A stretch of 64,000 nucleotides of DNA from positions 5,276 to 69,275 of the IMG/VR virus record IMGVR_UViG_3300030109_001309. One strand, 5' to 3'. Source of the stretch: a virus. Of this stretch, positions 56,902-64,000 are shown one piece after another. The notes beneath the pieces are model-generated. The model was not told where the DNA came from. It did no database searches and saw only the letters and a program-made list of their open reading frames with translations. The translations under genes and the position numbers were made by a program. Positions within the stretch are counted from its first letter, which is position 1; each line of letters begins with the position of its first letter.

Positions 56902-57007
56902 TCTTTTGTTGGTATAAAGGATTACGCAAAGCTAAAGCAAAAACATTACGTTTCTTCTTCAATTGTTTCTGTAATCCCGGTAAAGTTTTTTTCTCTTTCA
57001 TCTTCAT
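56828..57007 (-). CDS. Small basic ArfA-like protein, 59 aa (genome B)
   Basis: Manual translation ...KRNVFALALRNPLYQQKIVRNKKDYSRKGKDRF... Confidence 0.65.
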   Translation of the reverse strand: MKMKEKKTLPGLQKQLKKKRNVFALALRNPLYQQKIVRNKKDYSRKGKDRFVFSKETTD

Positions 57008-57191
57008 AATCCGTAAAAAAGAAACCTGTGTCTAAATTTATTAATTCAAAGTTAGATATGTTTTCTTTGATAAGACACTTGTATGTATCATAAATATCTT
57101 CAGAAGACAAGTTTAAAATTTCTACAATTTCTTCTGCTGTGTACCTATCACAAATAGCATACTTAACTTCTTCCTCATCATATTGAAGCAT
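56946..57191 (-). CDS. Acidic hypothetical protein
   Basis: Homologue of 15339..15587. Confidence 0.65.
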   Translation of the reverse strand: MLQYDEEEVKYAICDRYTAEEIVEILNLSSEDIYDTYKCLIKENISNFELINLDTGFFFTDYEDEREKNFTGITETIEEET

Positions 57192-57963
57192 AACTATAGT
57201 CCTTTATTAAGCTAGATAGTCTAATAAAGGTAGGATCAAAGTCTCCATTATGGACGTTTCTTTTGTGAACTATACCTCTCCAATGATTATTTCCTTGTGG
57301 ACCTTTATATTTTTCATCATCTAAATAACTAGCTCCACAAGTTATAGACCACATCATACCTTTATCATCAGCCCAACCAGTACTAATATCTAAACAAGGT
57401 CTATGTCCTTGTGTTACTGATACTTTTGTTTGATCTAAAGAAACTTTACTAGATGCTTTAGGGTTAGGGCTGTTCCTATTCTGGACATAGTGTACATATT
57501 CAACACCGTCTATAATTACAGGGGTTAAAAAATCGTATACATTAAATCCAAAATCTTTTAATTTAAAATTATCGTAGCTCAATGTCCCTTCTAAAATAGG
57601 GTTAGCATTAACGTGCCGCATAATTCTTTCTTCATGGTTGCCAATTGTAAAATGCATTTCAGGTTTATATTTTTTCTTTTTGTGTTTAACGCAATGGTTA
57701 TTATGTTTTTCTATAGGAGCTAACAATAAATGTAAAGCATTAATGCCAGAAGTAATGTCATCTTTATACCTTGCCCCTTCTGCATTTTTAGTACCTCTAT
57801 CATAGCTACTAAGACTATGCATATCAAACCAATCTCCTATGCATACTATAACTTCAGGTTGATATTTAATAATATACTCACCAATAGCAGGAAGGTGAGT
57901 AGTATTAGAATTAGGTTTAATTTGCATATCGAATATTACTAAGTGATCTCTCATCGGAACCAT
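57178..57963 (-). CDS. Metallophosphoesterase (genome B)
   Basis: GDWFD, GNHE, GH motifs. Confidence 0.82.
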   Translation of the reverse strand: MVPMRDHLVIFDMQIKPNSNTTHLPAIGEYIIKYQPEVIVCIGDWFDMHSLSSYDRGTKNAEGARYKDDITSGINALHLLLAPIEKHNNHCVKHKKKKYKPEMHFTIGNHEERIMRHVNANPILEGTLSYDNFKLKDFGFNVYDFLTPVIIDGVEYVHYVQNRNSPNPKASSKVSLDQTKVSVTQGHRPCLDISTGWADDKGMMWSITCGASYLDDEKYKGPQGNNHWRGIVHKRNVHNGDFDPTFIRLSSLIKDYSYASI

Positions 57964-58325
57964 TCCTTTGGTATTTCTTTATCTGCAAACAGATAGTTAT
58001 GTTTAATGCACCATGCACCGTAAGTTGTGTTACTTCCTTTGTATAGTTTAGCTTTTGAATTAGAAAATACAAACCTTATATCTAACCCAGGATTTTGTTC
58101 TTTAACTAACAAATGTTTCCTTCTATCTTGTGAAATAAATCTTCCTTTAGCTTCTATAATAATACCATTAGGAAGAATAAAGTCAGGAATATAGTTATGT
58201 TTAGAAATATAAGAAAGTTTAATTGATTCATATTTAAATTTTATCTTTCGTTTTGTTAATTGTTTTGCAATACGTTCTTCTAATCCACTACGAAATTTCG
58301 TAGACATCGGGTTCCCTTTCAACAT
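57951..58325 (-). CDS. Endonuclease I (genome B)
   Basis: FRSGLE, YIPDF, EAKG, LDIRFVF. Confidence 0.92.
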   Translation of the reverse strand: MLKGNPMSTKFRSGLEERIAKQLTKRKIKFKYESIKLSYISKHNYIPDFILPNGIIIEAKGRFISQDRRKHLLVKEQNPGLDIRFVFSNSKAKLYKGSNTTYGAWCIKHNYLFADKEIPKEWFR

Positions 58326-59127
58326 GAGCTAAAAATCTAGGTCCAGTACTGTATAAAAAAGTACGAAGCCCTTGCCCATCGTTAGCATCAGCCCAACAGG
58401 TATGTTTATAAGGGCAGTAAGAACATCCAACAGCAAGTTTTTTATTACCTGACTTACCATCAGCAATTGGGTCATAACATTTTTTAACAGGTGGTTCTGG
58501 TTGAGCTATAACTTTCTTTATATTTTTAATTCTAGCAGGAACATCAATTTTATCTTGGACTTCCATGTAAGTTATATGCCCTAGTTGTTTATCCATTACT
58601 AAGAAACCAGCTTCTTTACATTTTTCAGCATACGCATACCCACTGATTTGAGCAATGTAGCCAAATGGGTCATCCATTGCAAGAGTACCTTCTTTAAATT
58701 TCTTAAAGCTAAATGAAGATGCACTTTTAACGTCAACCATAACACCATTAATTTTACAGTCAATATGCCCCACGATACCGTCAACTTCAACTTTATCCTG
58801 CTCATTAGTAACTTCATAATCTGCTTCCTTAACTAGATACAATAGCAAACCTTCTATTATATCTCCAAATAAAAACTTTAGTCTTGTGTTAGGTTCTAAA
58901 ATTTCACGTTCAGTACTATTAAGTTCATACCACAACTGTCTATCTTTTTTACCTAAGTTAGACATACGTAATGTGTTTTTAATTTGACGGTTATCAGGAT
59001 GTAACTGTTTAATTACAGCTTGTTTAATGTGTTCACCTAACAATTCAAGATTGGTTTCATTAGGGACACAACCTGAATCTATTAATTTGTAAACATCTTC
59101 TATTAAATTTTTTAAATTATTTTTCAT
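58288..59127 (-). CDS. PD-(D/E)xK / Cas4-like exonuclease (genome B)
   Basis: GHID...DVKS, QISGY, CSYC...C. Confidence 0.8.
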   Translation of the reverse strand: MKNNLKNLIEDVYKLIDSGCVPNETNLELLGEHIKQAVIKQLHPDNRQIKNTLRMSNLGKKDRQLWYELNSTEREILEPNTRLKFLFGDIIEGLLLYLVKEADYEVTNEQDKVEVDGIVGHIDCKINGVMVDVKSASSFSFKKFKEGTLAMDDPFGYIAQISGYAYAEKCKEAGFLVMDKQLGHITYMEVQDKIDVPARIKNIKKVIAQPEPPVKKCYDPIADGKSGNKKLAVGCSYCPYKHTCWADANDGQGLRTFLYSTGPRFLAHVEREPDVYEIS

Positions 59128-59149
59128 TCAAGAAACCTTTCTAAAAATT

Positions 59150-59219
59150 GCTAGTTTACCACCTCTCACTAGCACCCAAGGACGTTTATGCTAACCCGTC
59201 ACTCGCTACCTTGGCCCAA
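59150..59219 (-). ncRNA. Conserved structured intergenic motif (genome B copy)
   Basis: CCAAGG/CCTTGG stem plus GCTAG/CTAGC hairpin. Confidence 0.6.
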
Positions 59220-59234
59220 AGTAACACGTTAAAA

Positions 59235-59684
59235 CTAAGAAGCTATATCAAAATCTTTCATGATATCTTCCACTGTATCTTCTTCACCTTCATCTTCAGT
59301 ATCATTTGACATACCGCCAAACTCTACTACATGGGTAAGCATAACGCCGCCTAACCCAGCAAATGTACCAGGGTAAGTAGCAGTGTAGGCTTGTACTTTA
59401 ACATCACCTTCACTCCCATTACCTACAATATTACCATCAACAGACTCACCTTTAGTGTTCACTACAAAAGGTGGCCGTGCTGATTTACAAGTAATAAACA
59501 TACCTCGTTCATCATCTTTAGTGCGAACCCTTTCACCAAGACCCATCTCTTGAAGAGATTTAATTTGGTCTTTGTTAAGGTTGCAAAGATCAACAGTATA
59601 TTTACCAGCCATTTCATTTTTCTTGGCAAGGAAAGGCCAGTAAAGAGTAACGCCTTTGATAACTTCTGTGCTTGTAATAGCCAT
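59235..59684 (-). CDS. Single-stranded DNA-binding protein (genome B)
   Basis: LYWP.LA..NEM.GKY.VDL shared with 17667..18146; acidic tail. Confidence 0.7.
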   Translation of the reverse strand: MAITSTEVIKGVTLYWPFLAKKNEMAGKYTVDLCNLNKDQIKSLQEMGLGERVRTKDDERGMFITCKSARPPFVVNTKGESVDGNIVGNGSEGDVKVQAYTATYPGTFAGLGGVMLTHVVEFGGMSNDTEDEGEEDTVEDIMKDFDIAS

Positions 59685-59716
59685 AGTATGTAGTTCCTTT
59701 CTTTAATCTATAACCT

Positions 59717-59745
59717 AGTATAACTAAGTTATTTTTGTGTGTCAA
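59717..59745 (-). promoter_or_regulatory. Sigma70-type promoter for ssb
   Basis: TTGACA-17 bp-TATACT. Confidence 0.8.
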
Positions 59746-59750
59746 CTATT

Positions 59751-61604
59751 TTAATGAGTTTCGTACCAGTTTTTTCCAATTTTATATTCACCATCCATAG
59801 GGCAGTTTAAATTAAAATATTTTCCTGCGTCTTGGATAGACTTAACAATAATTTTTCCTACTTCATCAGCATCTTCCTTTCGTACCTCAACTTGAAATTC
59901 ATCATGGACAACAGCAACTTGTTTAGCTTGTAAGTTTTTTTCTTGTACTCGTTTATGCCACAGTATCATAGCGTACTTCATAATGCAAGACTCTGCACCT
60001 TGAAGGTAAGCCGCCAATGCAAAATGTGCAGATTTTAATTCAATCTTTCTACCATCTAAACCTTTTAGTCTTCCAGATTTAGCTGCATTTGCTGCTCTTG
60101 TTTTGAGTGCCGCGAGGGAAGGTAAAGCAGATAAGAATTGGTCTTTAACCCTCCTTCCGAAAGCACTGTCACCCCCACAGATAAGTCCGACTCGTTCATC
60201 TCCTGCTCCGAGAAGCCAAGCATAAATAAAAGTTTTCGCAGTATCTCGTCCTGACCATTTACCTGTCGATTCATTGTACACCCCTTTGTCAATACCCATT
60301 GCTTCTAAATTTTTAGTGTGTATATCTCCATCTACTACTTCTTTAGTGTAAACAGGATCGTTCATGTAATGAGCTAATACACGTAGTTGTATACCAGATG
60401 CATCACAACCTAACAAAACATGAGTGTTAGGATTTGCTACGGTATAACATTCTCTACATTCCTTTCCGAAAGGGGAAGCAATTCCAGGAATGTTAGCCAT
60501 ATTAGGTGAGTTGTGTGCCATCCTATGTGTGATAGCACCAATAGAAAACACATTACCATGTACTCGATTGTCGTTTCCAAGAGCATCTAACCATCCTTCC
60601 ACTTCTTTGTACCTAGATATATACATAGCATAATCACCTAGCTTACGTAAAGATTGAGGAGCATCACTGCGTATTGTGTTAAAGTTTTCTTCACATAACT
60701 GCCACATATACCTTTGTTTTTCTTGGTACTGTTCTTTAGACACTTCTTTATTATGTAGTTTTTCTGTAAGTTTTTTATACCCTTTAGTTCTAACCGTAGG
60801 ATGCCAATAAGGTTCTAGTCTTTGAACTTTTTGTTTAGGTGATTTTAAATCAAAGTCTTGCCACTCAAACAAACTAAATGGACCAGCTACATCAATGTAC
60901 TTGTCACCATACATACGTAACCCTACTCTAGATAACTCCCCCTTTTTTGTGTACTTAGGAGAAACTTCTTTAATAAATTTCAATGATGGATGAACTTCAG
61001 ATAATATTTCCCTTTCTAATTCATTAGCTTTGTTATGAAATAAGACAAAGAGTTGATGAGCTTTCTGCACATCCAAAGCAAACCCATACTCACGTTGGTT
61101 TTCTAGTAAGTACTGAGTGTAGTGTTCAATTACTTTTGCTTTTTCGCTTCCGTACTCTTTGCCTTCTAATTTTAAATAGCAAGCTACCTTATAGGTCAAC
61201 TCAACATCATTGATACAATAGTCTAACATTTCTTCTGTGTATTCAGAAAAGTTTTTATAGTCTAACTTAGGAAACTTAAGTCTATGCCCCCATGCTTCAA
61301 GAGAATGACCACCTAACCTAGAGTAAGACTGAAGCCTGGATACAAGTAAAGTGTCTGTAATGCGGCTAGGTCTAATAGTTATATTAAGTAATTTTTTTAT
61401 AACTTTAGCATCATAAGCTACAAAATTATGTCCAATCCAATGATCTACTGTGTCGGAAAACTCTTCAAATTTATGTAAGGTATCGGGAGTAAAACTAATT
61501 ACTTCTCCTGTGTTGTAATCTTTACATACAATACACCATATCTGAGTTACATTATACAATAAACCATCAGCTTCTATGTCGCAGATAACTGTACGTTTAG
61601 GCAT
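59751..61604 (-). CDS. Family A DNA polymerase (genome B)
   Basis: DIEAD, DASGIQLR, KTFIY, VHDE. Confidence 0.95.
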   Translation of the reverse strand: MPKRTVICDIEADGLLYNVTQIWCIVCKDYNTGEVISFTPDTLHKFEEFSDTVDHWIGHNFVAYDAKVIKKLLNITIRPSRITDTLLVSRLQSYSRLGGHSLEAWGHRLKFPKLDYKNFSEYTEEMLDYCINDVELTYKVACYLKLEGKEYGSEKAKVIEHYTQYLLENQREYGFALDVQKAHQLFVLFHNKANELEREILSEVHPSLKFIKEVSPKYTKKGELSRVGLRMYGDKYIDVAGPFSLFEWQDFDLKSPKQKVQRLEPYWHPTVRTKGYKKLTEKLHNKEVSKEQYQEKQRYMWQLCEENFNTIRSDAPQSLRKLGDYAMYISRYKEVEGWLDALGNDNRVHGNVFSIGAITHRMAHNSPNMANIPGIASPFGKECRECYTVANPNTHVLLGCDASGIQLRVLAHYMNDPVYTKEVVDGDIHTKNLEAMGIDKGVYNESTGKWSGRDTAKTFIYAWLLGAGDERVGLICGGDSAFGRRVKDQFLSALPSLAALKTRAANAAKSGRLKGLDGRKIELKSAHFALAAYLQGAESCIMKYAMILWHKRVQEKNLQAKQVAVVHDEFQVEVRKEDADEVGKIIVKSIQDAGKYFNLNCPMDGEYKIGKNWYETH

Positions 61605-63235
61605 TAGTCCTCTCTTTCTTCTACTTCGCTTAGTCTACCAGTAAATTGATCGTAATGCAATCGGGAAGTTGGTCCTGTCATACCACTGTATCGGTTCTTT
61701 AACACACGCAAGAGAGTTGTGTGCCTTTCACGTTCATCATCTGCCTGTCCATTTCGCTCCAATCCGATAACGATATTGGATAGCTGCCCAATTCCTGCCG
61801 TGCCTCGTAGATCAGAGAGGCTTGTCTGACCGCCTTCTTCAAGAGGTTTTGTCGTTTGTCTTTTGGTGTGGCAGACTGCAAGTAAGCATATATCAAGTTC
61901 GACTGTGAGTGCTTTAAGATTGTGTGCGATTTCATCTAACATCTTCCTTTCATCACCTTGTCTATTAGATACCATAAAACTTAGGTGATCTAATACAACC
62001 AGCTTGCAATCCAAACCTTTAGCTAAGTACTTAATCTTATCAGCTATATAATCTAAATTGTTATCACGCCAGCTATCGTTAAGAGTATGGAGCCTGTCTG
62101 TACCCCATGTATTTTGAAAAGCTTCTCGTTTCTCTTGGTCAGTTATTACTGTATCAGGTAAGTGTAAAGGTTTACTGCACTCAACTGAAGCAATACCCAT
62201 TGAAGTTTCCCATGCTGTTTCTTCAAGGTAGATAATACCTACGTTGTGATCTGTAGTTTTAAGACAGTGGTGTGCAATCTCTCTTGTAACTTGTGTCTTA
62301 CCCATCCCTGAACCAGCAGTTAGGACAATAAACTCAGAGCTTCTTATACCGTAGGTTAGTTGGTTAAGCTGAGTCCAAGGATAATTAAATACCGCAGTTG
62401 CTCTTGGCTGTTGGGCAATCTCCCACATCTTATCAAACCCAGACAGTATATCATCAGGTCTGTACTGTTCTGCTTGCCACCAAGCTACACTAAACTCTTG
62501 AACTTTATCTTTAGTCAGGTAATCTCCAGCATCTTTTAAGTTAAGCTTAATGATCTTAGATTTTTTAGGAAATAAAGATGCTACACTTCTAGCGGCTTTC
62601 TTACCTGGTTCATCATTGTCCATACAAATAATGATACTATCAAAGCTATCTAACCATTCAAAGTTTTTCTTACAGTCACTGTACGCTGTTGTAGCTGACC
62701 GCACACCAACAGTAGGAAACTTAGAGCCATTCATTTGAAAGACAGACAAAGTATCTATCTCACCTTCACAAACTGTGACATATTTACCATTAGATGTAAA
62801 CTTATCCTGACCAAACAACACTGTGTTTTTAATATCACCTTCAACCCTAAAAGATTTATCCATAACTTCACGGATTTTATATGCAACCTTGTCACCATCA
62901 GAAGTACAGTAAGGATAGTAATGCGTAGTTACTACACCATTGGTTAGCTCAAGCCTAACATCAAAGTGAGCAACAGTATCTTTAGTTAGTTTCCTATCAT
63001 TTAAAGGACCAATGTAAGTTCCTTCAGTATTAGATAGTTTAGGTTTAACATCAAATGTATCTTCAATGTTAGACACAATCTCGACAACATTCATATTATC
63101 ATTTCCTTTCTTGGTATAAGTTTCACAACTGTAACAATAATAACTGTTTTCATACTCCGCATTAGCATCTGAACTACCGCATTGTTCACAAGCAACATGA
63201 CGTATAAACTTTTCTTTTGTGTGAGGGTGCTGCAT
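61604..63235 (-). CDS. T7 gp4-like primase/helicase (genome B)
   Basis: CEQC..CYSC, EGEID, GSGMGKT, LDHLS. Confidence 0.95.
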   Translation of the reverse strand: MQHPHTKEKFIRHVACEQCGSSDANAEYENSYYCYSCETYTKKGNDNMNVVEIVSNIEDTFDVKPKLSNTEGTYIGPLNDRKLTKDTVAHFDVRLELTNGVVTTHYYPYCTSDGDKVAYKIREVMDKSFRVEGDIKNTVLFGQDKFTSNGKYVTVCEGEIDTLSVFQMNGSKFPTVGVRSATTAYSDCKKNFEWLDSFDSIIICMDNDEPGKKAARSVASLFPKKSKIIKLNLKDAGDYLTKDKVQEFSVAWWQAEQYRPDDILSGFDKMWEIAQQPRATAVFNYPWTQLNQLTYGIRSSEFIVLTAGSGMGKTQVTREIAHHCLKTTDHNVGIIYLEETAWETSMGIASVECSKPLHLPDTVITDQEKREAFQNTWGTDRLHTLNDSWRDNNLDYIADKIKYLAKGLDCKLVVLDHLSFMVSNRQGDERKMLDEIAHNLKALTVELDICLLAVCHTKRQTTKPLEEGGQTSLSDLRGTAGIGQLSNIVIGLERNGQADDERERHTTLLRVLKNRYSGMTGPTSRLHYDQFTGRLSEVEERED

Positions 63236-63408
63236 TAATTTAACTCCTCATCATATGTTCTAGATATAAACTCGTTAGTTGTACTATCTTCAGAGATTGA
63301 AGAGTGTACTTTATCTAAACAAGTAGAACAAGGTTTAAATGATTTAGATTTATTTTCATACTTAACTTCTTTAGGTAATAAAACTCTATTACAAATATAA
63401 CATCTCAT
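63235..63408 (-). CDS. Small zinc-finger protein, 57 aa (MRCYICN...PCSTC)
   Basis: Manual translation; homologue of 22326..22493. Confidence 0.7.
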   Translation of the reverse strand: MRCYICNRVLLPKEVKYENKSKSFKPCSTCLDKVHSSISEDSTTNEFISRTYDEELN

Positions 63409-63416
63409 AATAACAC

Positions 63417-63689
63417 CTATTTATAGTTATTAAATTTAATATTAGTTACAGAGTCTTTCCATTCTTCTATATATTTATATTTATTATTAGCATTAATAAT
63501 ATAATTATATGACTTACTTGCCTCTGCAATTATCCATACAGGTTTTGTAAAGTCAAGATTTTTTACATGATTTAATTTTGAATTATCAATTAATCCTAAC
63601 TTTCTACTATCCATAAGTACCCACAAATTATACTTACCATTCAAACACTTACGAATTTCTCTTGTTTTTTTACGATAGATTTTTTTCAT
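63417..63689 (-). CDS. Hypothetical protein
   Basis: RBS AAGGAG; ATGA overlap with the upstream ORF. Confidence 0.5.
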   Translation of the reverse strand: MKKIYRKKTREIRKCLNGKYNLWVLMDSRKLGLIDNSKLNHVKNLDFTKPVWIIAEASKSYNYIINANNKYKYIEEWKDSVTNIKFNNYK

Positions 63690-63844
63690 TCTAAATACTC
63701 CTTGTCTACTCTTCCTAAACTATCATAACAATTATTGCAAGGTTTTTCTGTGTAACCATAACGATCTGTAATTTCTACTACCCCAGTACCTAAACAAACT
63801 GGACATTCATAATCTTTTACTATTGTAAATATAATTTCTTTCAT
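63686..63844 (-). CDS. Small DnaJ-type zinc-finger protein, 52 aa
   Basis: Manual translation: CPVCLGTG...CNNC. Confidence 0.6.
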   Translation of the reverse strand: MKEIIFTIVKDYECPVCLGTGVVEITDRYGYTEKPCNNCYDSLGRVDKEYLE

Positions 63845-64000
63845 AACATCCCTTTCATTATATGCTTTATTACATCAACTGTAAAGCCATTTCCTAACAT
63901 TTTATACCGTTGAGTATTAGACACATGATTAGTGTAGTTGTCAGGTACTGTCTGCAATCTCTCACATTCAATTGGGGTAAGCTTACGCCATGTAGTTGTA
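63841..64000 (-). CDS. C5-cytosine methyltransferase, C-terminal part (runs off the window)
   Basis: TTWRKLTPIECERLQTVPDNYTNHVSNTQRYKMLGNGFTVDVIK, identical in protein to the end of 22510..23460. Confidence 0.9.
   Translation of the reverse strand, partial: TTTWRKLTPIECERLQTVPDNYTNHVSNTQRYKMLGNGFTVDVIKHIMKGML

Noticed and set aside
775-63000. Many short nested or antisense ORFs in the track (e.g. 14182..14580, 15905..16294, 23827..24306, 55630..56031, 55755..56189)
   Set aside because: They lie within well-supported genes in other frames and show no motifs; any A/B similarity follows from the host gene.
1-64000. Prophage, tRNA genes or an alternative genetic code
   Set aside because: No integrase, repressor or host genes; no tRNA cloverleaf noticed; genes are intact under the standard code.

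Overview
The window is entirely tailed-phage DNA of a podovirus type with two opposed gene arms. Minus strand: T7-like primase/helicase, family A DNA polymerase, SSB, exonuclease, endonuclease I, class II ribonucleotide reductase. Plus strand: terminase, portal, capsid, tail and internal virion genes. No phage RNA polymerase or integrase is seen. The layout resembles marine SIO1/cobavirus-like (Zobellviridae-type) phages, and an alphaproteobacterial-type LexA box hints at the host group. The window spans about 1.5 genome lengths: the gene series at 1-22.7 kb recurs about 41.3-42.1 kb downstream as a clearly diverged homologue. The simplest reading is two related phage genomes (A and B) joined, possibly at a shared methyltransferase gene. 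Most interesting signals, none in the ORF track: (1) a ~300-nt extensively base-paired minus-strand RNA in the early region, abutting a 28-bp long-range duplex that encloses a whole 173-aa gene whose RBS is hairpin-occluded; (2) a small ArfA-like ORF conserved in both genomes; (3) a conserved, covarying RNA motif between ssb and the exonuclease gene in both genomes; (4) a non-coding region with DnaA, LexA, IHF-like and CtrA-like sites plus four 18-bp repeats. All calls are by eye; no searches or folding programs were run.
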